Source of the DNA: an uncultured candidate division Zixibacteria bacterium
GTDB taxonomy: Bacteria > Zixibacteria > MSB-5A5 > UBA10806 > 4484-95
Reading direction: 5' to 3'
DNA length: 32,000 bases
Assembly: GCA_963668625.2 (NCBI GenBank)
Contig: CAXXKA010000008.1
Location: forward strand, 1,007,747-1,039,746
The position numbers were made by a program, and so were the translations under genes. The notes below the pieces were generated by a model, which was not told the origin of the DNA, ran no database searches, and saw nothing but the letters and a program-made list of their open reading frames with translations. How positions within the stretch are numbered: the stretch's first letter is position 1; each line of letters starts with the position of its first letter. Below are positions 1 to 8,164 of the stretch, in pieces.

Positions 1-1
1 T

Positions 2-2461
2 ATCGACATTACCATAGAGGATCCGGTTGTTCTTGAACCACCACCGGGAGCTTATATGGAACAGGAGGCCTGCGGTGATAGCACAAATAATACCGACCCG
101 ATCAACGAGGCGGAACTTATAAGTTGTGGCTATACCGTTTGTGGCGCTATCTGGGCGGATTACTTGGAAAATGAGAACGATTATACTGGTGACGCTGATT
201 TTTATACATTTACATTGGAGGACACTTACGAGCATTGGAAAGTTGATTTAACTGGAATGTCTGAATTTAGGACGAGGGTAGCCCTGTATGAGATTATTCC
301 GGATTTACCATTTCCAATGTGGTGGAATATTGAATCATTTTATCCGGGTCAGCCATTTGCCAATGAAATTACTGTTCGCCCGGGCACTTATTTATTGGCA
401 ATTTATCCAGCGAGACTAGCAGCCGACATCGTTTGCGATGATAACAGCCTTTACTATTTTCAACTCGACTGTGGCCCCATAGAACCGGGAGGACCAGTGA
501 ACGACTGGTGTGATGATGTAACACCGCGTCTTCTCGAAAGCGGTGATTCTCTGATTTTCACTGGCAACACCACTAACGCTACAATCGATTGTATTCAGAA
601 CGCACTGGTTCCAGATTTTGATATCATACCCACTCAAACCTTCTCTGGTGAAGTCTGGACAGCATTTACAACTACAGACACACTTGATGTGATTGTTGCT
701 TTTTGCGATTCTGATCCCAACTCGGTGGGTCAATGCGCTTCATTGCTTTATAATGATTGCCCTTGCGGCTACGATGGTGTTTCGGCCGATAGCTATAATT
801 ATTTATATTGTTCTGACGGCAGTTTAGCGTTGTATTTTAATGCTCTTCCCCCGGGAACGTACTATTATGAAATATTCAGAGATCTTGATATACTCGATGT
901 CACCGATTACAGGCTGGCTATCAGCGGCACTCTTTGTCCCCAACCGCAGCCGAATGATAACTGCGCGAATGCCATAGCTGTCTATGAGGATATACAAACT
1001 GAATTCAATACCACTTATGCCAGTTTTGATGGCCCCGGCTATTGCCTGGAATCGAAAAATGTCTGGTTTATATACGAGCCTGATGAAACCCATGCGGTGA
1101 GCGTGAGCTTGGAAGGGTCACGTTTTAACACCAAGATGGCTATTTACGAGGGGGGCGAGTGTCCTCCAAGTCAGGAATCGATGATCGAATGTAATAATAA
1201 TTACAACTCACTTTCCAATTTCTCGTATATCGAGTTCCTGGCAGTTGAAGGAACGCGATATTTGATCGAAGTCGGCGGGACAAACTTAGAAGCAAGAGGC
1301 GCCGGCTTTATGCTTATCTCCCCTATTGCCTCTCATGACGTACGCGTGGATAAGATAATCAGCCCCCTGCCGGGAAATATTCTCGATCCAGGAACGGACT
1401 ATGAATTAAACGCCATCGTTTCAAATAGAGGATTCTACGAAGAGACATTCAATGTAATTGCAGTTGACAATTATGGTTTCGAGTTAATCGAGGAATACAT
1501 TACGTTAGCCCCAGGCGAACAGACGAATTTATTCGAGGGCAATTTCTATACTTCTCCTTCCGAAACTTGCGAGGACCATGAATTTAAAGTAATAACATCG
1601 CTGAATAGTGATGAATTTACATCAAACGATACTTTCACTGTTACTTACAACATCCCTCGTGAAGGTGATATAAGGCATTATGGTTATTACACCGACGGTG
1701 AAGATGCATGGATAAGTGGCCCAGTGTTCTCCGAAATGATATCAGCGACTAAATTTGTTGCCGATGGGCGGGATGCGATTGTCTATATCGGTGGTAAATT
1801 CGCTAATACCACTTCGATCGATAGCACGATTGACCCGGTTAAGCTTTATCTTTTCCAGGATGATAACGATGACGGTTTCCCTGATGATGAACCGAGATTC
1901 GAGGCTGTCGTTCAGCTTCAGGGGATGGAATATAACTGGGTCTATGCTGTCTTACCGTGCGATGTAGTTGTTGACAGCGGCCAGGTTTTCTGGGTCGGCT
2001 TCGGTATAGTTAGAGATGGCCGTGAAGGCTTTGAGGGTATCTTCGTCGATGCTCATCCTGAGTGCGATAGCTCGTGGCTAAGGAGCCAATATGGCTATTG
2101 GGAGAGAAACGTTGAAGCTAACGGGGATAAGTTAATAGGCGCCTGGGCCTTGCCTGATTCTCTTACCGGTATCGATGATTGCGAGACGGGCTTACCGTTA
2201 TTCTATGGGCTGGCTCAAAATTACCCCAATCCTTTTAACGCCCGGACTGTAATACGTTACAACCTGGCTGAGCCTGGCTTAGCTACTATTACAATATTTG
2301 ACATTTTAGGACGAAAGGTCGAAACACTGGTTGACGATTACCAGACAGCAGGCCTTCATCAAGTTACCTGGAACGCAGGAGACTTTGCTTCCGGATTGTA
2401 TTACTATAGAATTCAGGTTGGTGACTATACTGAAACGAAAAATATGCTGCTTATGAAGTGA
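2..2461 (+). CDS. Secreted multidomain protein (PPC-like and CARDB-like regions) with C-terminal T9SS sorting domain; 5' end probably outside the window
   Basis: The frame is open from nt 2 with no stop before the first in-window ATG at 56. The product from M56 (MEQEACGDS...) has no signal peptide, although the C-terminus is a typical Por/T9SS tail (NYPNPFNARTVIRYNL...GLYYYRIQVGDYTETKNMLLMK). GDADFYTFTLE resembles a pre-peptidase C-terminal domain and HDVRVDKIISP...NAIVSNRG resembles CARDB. Confidence 0.8.
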   Translation: MDITIEDPVVLEPPPGAYMEQEACGDSTNNTDPINEAELISCGYTVCGAIWADYLENENDYTGDADFYTFTLEDTYEHWKVDLTGMSEFRTRVALYEIIPDLPFPMWWNIESFYPGQPFANEITVRPGTYLLAIYPARLAADIVCDDNSLYYFQLDCGPIEPGGPVNDWCDDVTPRLLESGDSLIFTGNTTNATIDCIQNALVPDFDIIPTQTFSGEVWTAFTTTDTLDVIVAFCDSDPNSVGQCASLLYNDCPCGYDGVSADSYNYLYCSDGSLALYFNALPPGTYYYEIFRDLDILDVTDYRLAISGTLCPQPQPNDNCANAIAVYEDIQTEFNTTYASFDGPGYCLESKNVWFIYEPDETHAVSVSLEGSRFNTKMAIYEGGECPPSQESMIECNNNYNSLSNFSYIEFLAVEGTRYLIEVGGTNLEARGAGFMLISPIASHDVRVDKIISPLPGNILDPGTDYELNAIVSNRGFYEETFNVIAVDNYGFELIEEYITLAPGEQTNLFEGNFYTSPSETCEDHEFKVITSLNSDEFTSNDTFTVTYNIPREGDIRHYGYYTDGEDAWISGPVFSEMISATKFVADGRDAIVYIGGKFANTTSIDSTIDPVKLYLFQDDNDDGFPDDEPRFEAVVQLQGMEYNWVYAVLPCDVVVDSGQVFWVGFGIVRDGREGFEGIFVDAHPECDSSWLRSQYGYWERNVEANGDKLIGAWALPDSLTGIDDCETGLPLFYGLAQNYPNPFNARTVIRYNLAEPGLATITIFDILGRKVETLVDDYQTAGLHQVTWNAGDFASGLYYYRIQVGDYTETKNMLLMK

Positions 2462-2540
2462 GACCCGAACGCAGGCAGTAGGATAACGGCTCATCAGCCC
2501 TGTGGCTGGTGAGCCTGTCGATTCCGATTTAAGGAGAATT

Positions 2541-3779
2541 ATGAAATACTTAAAAATTGTTTTGTTGGTAATGCTCTTAACGGCGTTTAGCTATACGATT
2601 GTAACTGCCCAGACAGTCGAGTTTGTCGGCAGTTATGATACACCGTCAATCGCCCGTGGTATTACTGTTACTGATAATTACGCTTATATTGCCTCAGGCT
2701 CATCGGGTTTGCTGATAGTAGATGTCTCCGATCCTGAAAATCCAGTATTTACAGGAAACTATCAAACATCAGGTACTGCCAATGATGTCTGTATCTCGGG
2801 AGATTACGCATATATAGCCGCCGGTTTTTCAGGCCTTCAGATAGTTAATATTTCCAATCCGGGCAGTCCATCACTTGCCGGCAGTTACAGTACTCCCGAT
2901 CGTGCTTTAACTGTTCAGGTTATAGGTAACTACGCATATATAGCCGACAGGGCTTCATTCCAGATAATTGACATTTCCGATCCAGAAAATCCCGCCTTAG
3001 CCGGGAGTTGGAACAATTCAGCAAATGATCTTACAAGCGTTAATGTCAGCGGAGATTATGCTTATTTGACCAGGTTAACATATGGACTGATTCTGGTGAG
3101 TATAACCGATCCTGAAAACCCAGAATATGTAGGCGAGTACTACAATGGAAGTAACACCACCTATGACGTTCATGTCTCCGGCGATTACGCCTTTGTGGTT
3201 GATGGGTCATCACTGAAAATGATTAATACTTTTATCCCAAACGCTCCTACACTTTACGCGACGTGTTATGATTTGTCGATTGCGAAGAGTGTTTATGTTT
3301 CGGCCGGTTACGCTTATGTAGCCGACTTTGATTACGGGCTTCACGTGATATATAATCCTGATCCATTTCATCTTACATATATCACGGGTTATGAGACGAC
3401 CGAACATGTCTATGACGTTTTTGTTTTAAATGAATACATTTATATAACTGAGGGATCTTCTCTTTTGATTTTAAGATATTCTCAGGTTGATATTAATGAA
3501 GAATTCAACCTGCCACAGGAGTTTTCACTATCGGGTAATTATCCCAACCCTTTTAACTGTTCTACGGTCATATCATATGAGCTGAAACAACCCACAGCGA
3601 TCAGGCTTGATATCTATGATCTTTTAGGTCGCCGTATTGAGACGCTGGTTAATGAATACCAGCAAGCGGGCCAACACCGAATCACCTGGGATGCAACAGG
3701 TGTCAACTCCGGCGTTTATTTCTATAAAATGCAGACAAATGAATATACTGAAATGAATAAAATGATATTGTTGAAGTAA
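2541..3779 (+). CDS. LVIVD-repeat beta-propeller protein with signal peptide and T9SS C-terminal sorting domain
   Basis: ATG at 2541 follows AAGGAG (2531-2536). N-terminus MKYLKIVLLVMLLTAFSYTIVTA is signal-like. Units like YAYIA..GLLIVDVSDPENP recur about 7 times. The tail is NYPNPFNCSTVISYEL...GVYFYKMQTNEYTEMNKMILLK. The GTG extension to 2502 is unlikely. Confidence 0.85.
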   Translation: MKYLKIVLLVMLLTAFSYTIVTAQTVEFVGSYDTPSIARGITVTDNYAYIASGSSGLLIVDVSDPENPVFTGNYQTSGTANDVCISGDYAYIAAGFSGLQIVNISNPGSPSLAGSYSTPDRALTVQVIGNYAYIADRASFQIIDISDPENPALAGSWNNSANDLTSVNVSGDYAYLTRLTYGLILVSITDPENPEYVGEYYNGSNTTYDVHVSGDYAFVVDGSSLKMINTFIPNAPTLYATCYDLSIAKSVYVSAGYAYVADFDYGLHVIYNPDPFHLTYITGYETTEHVYDVFVLNEYIYITEGSSLLILRYSQVDINEEFNLPQEFSLSGNYPNPFNCSTVISYELKQPTAIRLDIYDLLGRRIETLVNEYQQAGQHRITWDATGVNSGVYFYKMQTNEYTEMNKMILLK

Positions 3780-3842
3780 GCCATTGAGTATAAAATATGT
3801 TACTCCAGAAATATCAACAACAGTAACCGAACAGGGTCGCGA

Positions 3843-5066
3843 ATGAAACCGGAACCGATCATAAAATTTCTTAAAGCTTTCGATTTAAATACTTACGAGG
3901 CTAAGTGCTATCTGGCGCTTTTAAAACGTGATAACTTGTCGGCTGCCGAAGTAGCTAAGTTATCCGGGGTCCCCAGGGCGCGGGTGTATGAGATTCTCGA
4001 CAATCTTATGGACAGAGGTTTTTGCCATTTGGTCGCGGGACAAGTGAAAAAATTCAGGGCGGCGAGTCCGCTGGTTTTTCGTGATCTGGTAGAACAGAAA
4101 CATGAAAAAACCAAAATTGAAATCGATCGACAAGAAGAATCGCTTAAATCCAATATTGTGGGTAGAAAACAGAAATTAAATTCCGCAATTGAGCAAAAAA
4201 AGCAAGAGTTCGCTTCTAAAGTAGAACAAGAGAGGCAGAAATACGACTCTGAAATAAAACGAAAAACAGAGGAATTCAACTCCGAGATGGAGCGAAAAAA
4301 GCAAGACTTCGACTCTGGAATCGAGCGAAAAATAAAGGAATTTAATTCGCGAATCGAGCGGGAAACCGAAAGGGTTGATGCCGTAATCATGCGGGAGAAA
4401 AAGAAATTCGATTCCGAAGCTGAAAAAGAAAAACGAGAAATCGAATCGCTAAAGAAAAATGTGGAAAATGTTGTCGAAACTTTCGTAGAGACTTATAAAA
4501 AAGGCCGTATGAACACCGCCCCTCTTGATTACATCGAAATCTTAAGAGAGCCTACGCAGATTTTTAATAAATTCATGCAGTTTGAAAAAAAGGCCCAGCA
4601 TGAAGTTTGCGCCTTTATAAGGACAAGTTACAGTAGTGCCAGACCTTCGCTGGAACTCGCGAAAAAATATGATAAGGCTGAAAAAGACCTGAGGTTTAAT
4701 TTGCTTAAAAAGGGTGTAAAGTACAGAGTTATATATGAAGCGCCAGGTTTAGATAAGTCTATTATAGATAAGTCCCAGCTTGACAAAGAAACGATTATTA
4801 AATTTTCCAAGTGTAATGATAAATTGGCCGAAGCCGGCGAGGAAGCTAAAACATTACCGGAATTGCCAATGGTTATGTCTATCTGGGATTCCAAAGCCTT
4901 TGTGGTCTTGCTCAACGATCCGGTTTCCGGGGAACCGACTCATACCTCGTTGTTCATTGAGCATCCGGCGATGGCGCAGAGCATGAAAATAGTATTCGAA
5001 GCGTTCTGGGCGAAGGCCGAAGACCGTCAAGTTTGGAAAGAACGCGAACATAAAAAATTGAAATAA
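3843..5066 (+). CDS. TrmB-family transcriptional regulator with an internal array of 11-residue repeats
   Basis: The N-terminal winged HTH (LNTYEAKCYLALLKRDNLSAAEVAKLSGVPRARVYEILDNLMDRGF) is typical of TrmB. Residues 116-203 are 8 tandem hendecads. A C-terminal globular domain follows. Confidence 0.75.
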   Translation: MKPEPIIKFLKAFDLNTYEAKCYLALLKRDNLSAAEVAKLSGVPRARVYEILDNLMDRGFCHLVAGQVKKFRAASPLVFRDLVEQKHEKTKIEIDRQEESLKSNIVGRKQKLNSAIEQKKQEFASKVEQERQKYDSEIKRKTEEFNSEMERKKQDFDSGIERKIKEFNSRIERETERVDAVIMREKKKFDSEAEKEKREIESLKKNVENVVETFVETYKKGRMNTAPLDYIEILREPTQIFNKFMQFEKKAQHEVCAFIRTSYSSARPSLELAKKYDKAEKDLRFNLLKKGVKYRVIYEAPGLDKSIIDKSQLDKETIIKFSKCNDKLAEAGEEAKTLPELPMVMSIWDSKAFVVLLNDPVSGEPTHTSLFIEHPAMAQSMKIVFEAFWAKAEDRQVWKEREHKKLK

Positions 5067-5111
5067 ATCAGTGGTAATAAATAAAGTCGCCGAGCGTAAA
5101 CGCCCGGCGAT

Positions 5112-5277
5112 AAGGACGATAACGACCTTTCTTGTCGAAAGGTGTAATCATCCCAATACTAAACAAAAGAAATCAGGTAAGCAAGGCAAATTTGGTAATT
5201 GAAAAAGAGAGGAGAGACAATCGCTGATTAATTATTAATCGCAAAAGGACGATAACGGCCTTTCTTGATGGAAAGGT
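5112..5277. repeat. Two copies of a ~32-nt hairpin repeat flanking a 15-bp perfect palindrome, upstream of the Cys-rich gene
   Basis: 5112-5143 is aaggacgataacgacctttcttgtcgaaaggt and 5245-5277 is aaggacgataacggcctttcttgatggaaaggt. Each has a CCTTTC...GAAAGG stem. GATTAAT-T-ATTAATC lies at 5226-5240. A 13-nt piece of the repeat (gtcgaaaggtgta) recurs near 7879-7892, downstream of the gene. Confidence 0.5.
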
Positions 5278-5392
5278 ACAAACGATAACGCTTCAAATCA
5301 GAAAAATCTAAAAATAGTCACGGCCCCGCAATTTTAAAAGCGGGGGGTGTGTAAATCTATCATTTAAGTTATTAGCGAATGGTGTTGGAAAT

Positions 5393-7717
5393 ATGAGAAA
5401 TACAAAAAAGCAATCCATGATTGGGTTAGTCCTGGTATTGATGTTCCTGGCTATTCCCAGTCTGACTTTTGCCGATGGCGCCTGCTGTACCTCTAGCGGA
5501 TGCGTGGAGGTTGCGGACGTTACGACCTGCTTAATGTCTAATGGAGTCTGGATTGGTGAGGGCACGAGTTGCTCGGACGATCCTCCACCCTGCAACGGTG
5601 CCTGCTGCACCGGTGAAGGATGCGTAGATAATCTTGATGTTACGACTTGTATGATGACTTACTCCGGCCTGTGGATGGGCCCGAATACATCATGCAGCGA
5701 TCCCGATATTTGCAGTGGCGCGTGCTGTATTGGTACGTCCTGCCAATTTATCACCGAAACAGAGTGTGCTAACCTTTCCGGAAGCTTCTCCGGTTTTGGC
5801 ATAACCTGTGATCCGAACCCATGTGTTCAGCCAACCGGCGCCTGTTGTACCCTGGAGGGGTGCGTAGCCGATGTTGATGCAATGACCTGCGCGGTGGTTT
5901 ACTCCGGCGTGTGGATGGGATCCGAGACATCATGCAGTGACCCTGACCTATGCTCAGGCGCTTGCTGTATAGCCGATACCTGCCAGGTTATGGATCCAGC
6001 CCTATGTAGTCAACTCAATGGAGATTTTGCGGGCTATGGTTCGGGCTGCTTCCCTGATCCCTGCGGCCCTACTGGTGCCTGTTGTCTGCAGACGCCAGTT
6101 GGCGCATTCTGCACGGATATGACCGAAGAACAATGTGTCTTGATGGGCGGTTCCGCTACTTATCACGGTGATGGTACCTTCTGCGATGGTATTGACGGTG
6201 ACGGTAATGGCGTGCCGGATCTCTGCGAAGATCTCGAAGGTGCTTGCTGTATTGGTGAAGATTCGTGCTTATTCGTTACCGATTCAGAATGCCAATTGGC
6301 CGGTGGCGAATTCAAAGGAATTGGTACTGACTGTTCGGATATGAACTCGAACGGTGTCGCCGACGTTTGCGAAAACAGTACGGAAGGCGGCGCTTGCTGT
6401 ACTTTCATGCAGGGTTGCGTGGATGTTGCCGATCAGGCGACTTGCGAAGGCGATCCTTATTTGGGTCAGTGGATGGGCGCCGGCACTAGTTGTTCGGACG
6501 ATCCTCCTCCTTGTAATGGCGCTTGCTGTACGGAAACCGGTTGTGTCGATAATGTCACTGCTATGACCTGTCTGTCAGCTCATGCCGGACAGTTCGTTGG
6601 TGCCGGCACTAGTTGTTCGGACGATCCTTCTCCATGTAACGGCGCCTGTTGTACGGATGAGGGATGCATTGATGGTATTGATGCTATGACTTGTATGACT
6701 ACATATTCAGGTCAATTTATGGGCGCGGGTACGTCATGTAGCGACCCGGGTATTTGCAGCGGTGCCTGCTGTACCGGTGAGACCTGTCAATTTGTTACCC
6801 AAACAGAATGTAGCAATTTGTCCGGAACCTTCTATGGTTATAACACGACCTGTGATCCGAATCCATGTATCCAGCCAAGCGGCGCTTGCTGCACTCCTGA
6901 GGGATGTATAGCGGATGTAAGCGGAATAACCTGTGCGACGGTTTACTCCGGCATGTGGATGGGACCAGGATCATCATGCAGCGACCCTAACCCTTGTGTG
7001 GGCGCTTGTTGTATAGATGATAGCTGTCAGGTATTGGATCCAGGTGAATGTAATCTCCTCGGTGGGGAATTCCTTAATTACGGCTCGGGCTGCGATTTTA
7101 ATCCCTGTGGCCCTACTGGAGCTTGTTGCACAGAGTTTCCCGTGATCACTATCTGCTCAGATATGACAGAAGAAGGATGCGCGGCGTTAGGTAGTGTCGC
7201 AACGTTCCATGGCGTTGGCACTTATTGTGATAATATTGACGGTAACTCAAACGGTATCCCGGATATCTGCGAGGATCTCGAAGGCGCTTGCTGTTACAGC
7301 GATGGTTCTTGCATGATGCAAACCGATGAGGATTGCCAACTGGACGGTGGCGAGTTCAAGGGGATTGGCACTGACTGTAGTACCCCGGATATTTGTCCAG
7401 CGCCTCCCGGTTTAGATTATCTCCCCGGTGATGCCAACATGGCTGCCGGCTCGTGGCCGCCGAACGTAATCGGCGCTGATGTCACCTACCTGGTGAACTA
7501 TTTCCGGGCTATTGCCGCGCCATGTTTACTGGATGGTTTCTATACCTCCGGCGATGCTAACGGTGACTGCTCGGTAATCGGCGCTGATGTCACTTACCTG
7601 GTACAATATTTCCGAGGCGCGAACGAATTACATTTCTGCCCGGACTATCAACCATCCTGGTCTGGCAGCGGCGATTTACCGACCGAGGCTCCCGATGGTT
7701 GGCCGAATTGCGAATGA
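5393..7717 (+). CDS. Secreted cysteine-rich repeat protein (15 GACC six-Cys modules) with C-terminal dockerin-like domain
   Basis: Signal peptide MRNTKKQSMIGLVLVLMFLAIPSLTFA. GACC modules start at residues 29, 69, 109, 149, 189, 228, 283, 333, 376, 417, 457, 497, 537, 576 and 631. The C-terminus carries GDAN..VIGADVTYLV(N/Q)YFR twice, which is dockerin type I-like. Confidence 0.85.
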   Translation: MRNTKKQSMIGLVLVLMFLAIPSLTFADGACCTSSGCVEVADVTTCLMSNGVWIGEGTSCSDDPPPCNGACCTGEGCVDNLDVTTCMMTYSGLWMGPNTSCSDPDICSGACCIGTSCQFITETECANLSGSFSGFGITCDPNPCVQPTGACCTLEGCVADVDAMTCAVVYSGVWMGSETSCSDPDLCSGACCIADTCQVMDPALCSQLNGDFAGYGSGCFPDPCGPTGACCLQTPVGAFCTDMTEEQCVLMGGSATYHGDGTFCDGIDGDGNGVPDLCEDLEGACCIGEDSCLFVTDSECQLAGGEFKGIGTDCSDMNSNGVADVCENSTEGGACCTFMQGCVDVADQATCEGDPYLGQWMGAGTSCSDDPPPCNGACCTETGCVDNVTAMTCLSAHAGQFVGAGTSCSDDPSPCNGACCTDEGCIDGIDAMTCMTTYSGQFMGAGTSCSDPGICSGACCTGETCQFVTQTECSNLSGTFYGYNTTCDPNPCIQPSGACCTPEGCIADVSGITCATVYSGMWMGPGSSCSDPNPCVGACCIDDSCQVLDPGECNLLGGEFLNYGSGCDFNPCGPTGACCTEFPVITICSDMTEEGCAALGSVATFHGVGTYCDNIDGNSNGIPDICEDLEGACCYSDGSCMMQTDEDCQLDGGEFKGIGTDCSTPDICPAPPGLDYLPGDANMAAGSWPPNVIGADVTYLVNYFRAIAAPCLLDGFYTSGDANGDCSVIGADVTYLVQYFRGANELHFCPDYQPSWSGSGDLPTEAPDGWPNCE

Positions 7718-7794
7718 ACTCTCTGATTTGAGTAATTAAACTCAGCTACTACTTCTTGAAAAGTGCTCTAACACTTTGACCTTGATCTACGATA

Positions 7795-7819
7795 GGCGGC
7801 CTTAACGGGCCGCCTTTTT
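7795..7819 (+). terminator. Rho-independent terminator after the Cys-rich gene
   Basis: GGCGGCC-ttaac-GGGCCGCC followed by TTTTT, about 80 nt after the stop at 7717. Confidence 0.8.
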
Positions 7820-7967
7820 CATGTCAACAATACGGTAACAACTGCGGTATATCTGTGGTAATCTCTGATGCTTTATGGTGTCGAAAGGTGTAGATCGGAT
7901 TTATTGCAATTCGCTATCAATCAACAGAGTAAGTTTAATACCAATAATTTAGCAAAATAGCATGAAT

Positions 7968-8016
7968 AGGAATCATAATCCTCGTGTCCGGGGTTTGAGT
8001 CCCTGCTCCGCTACTT
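7968..8016 (+). repeat. Orphan copy of the 3' half of the tRNA(CAT) gene (att-like direct repeat of 21842-21890)
   Basis: aggaatcataatcctcgtgtccggggtttgagtccctgctccgctactt matches 21842-21890 at 47/49. Both differences fall in the T-loop (ttcaag versus tttgag). No 5' half of a tRNA lies upstream. Confidence 0.8.
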
Positions 8017-8164
8017 GTCTTTCAATAATTAGGGATTAGCCTATATTTAGTTTAGTGCTCAATTATATATGACTGTGAGGTTTTAGCTTGCCCACCCTAT
8101 TGGTGGGTTACCTGTTGAAAGGCTAACCTTTTCGATAGAAAATGAGGTAGATTTCCCGTTCATA

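Noticed and set aside
2502-2540. GTG-initiated extension (MAGEPVDSDLRRI) of the LVIVD protein
   Set aside because: The ATG at 2541 has an AAGGAG Shine-Dalgarno at ideal spacing and starts directly with a signal peptide.
3908-4390. 160-aa minus-strand ORF opposite the TrmB-like gene
   Set aside because: It is an antisense artefact of the repetitive Lys/Glu-rich region. Its product is low-complexity (Ser/Phe/Cys-rich) and has no start context.
5308-5610. 100-aa minus-strand ORF, plus other alternative-frame ORFs (6163-6408, 6354-6566, 6795-6977), overlapping the Cys-rich gene
   Set aside because: The + strand ORF has a signal peptide, a strongly periodic module structure and a dockerin. The overlapping ORFs are by-products of the repeats.
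8100-8140. Small hairpins (CCCACC-ctatt-GGTGGG and GAAAGG-ctaa-CCTTTT) upstream of the 8165 ORF, considered as further copies of the 5.1-kb hairpin repeat
   Set aside because: The flanking sequence is not shared and the stem order is reversed. The similarity is limited to a 6-nt stem, which is too weak to call.
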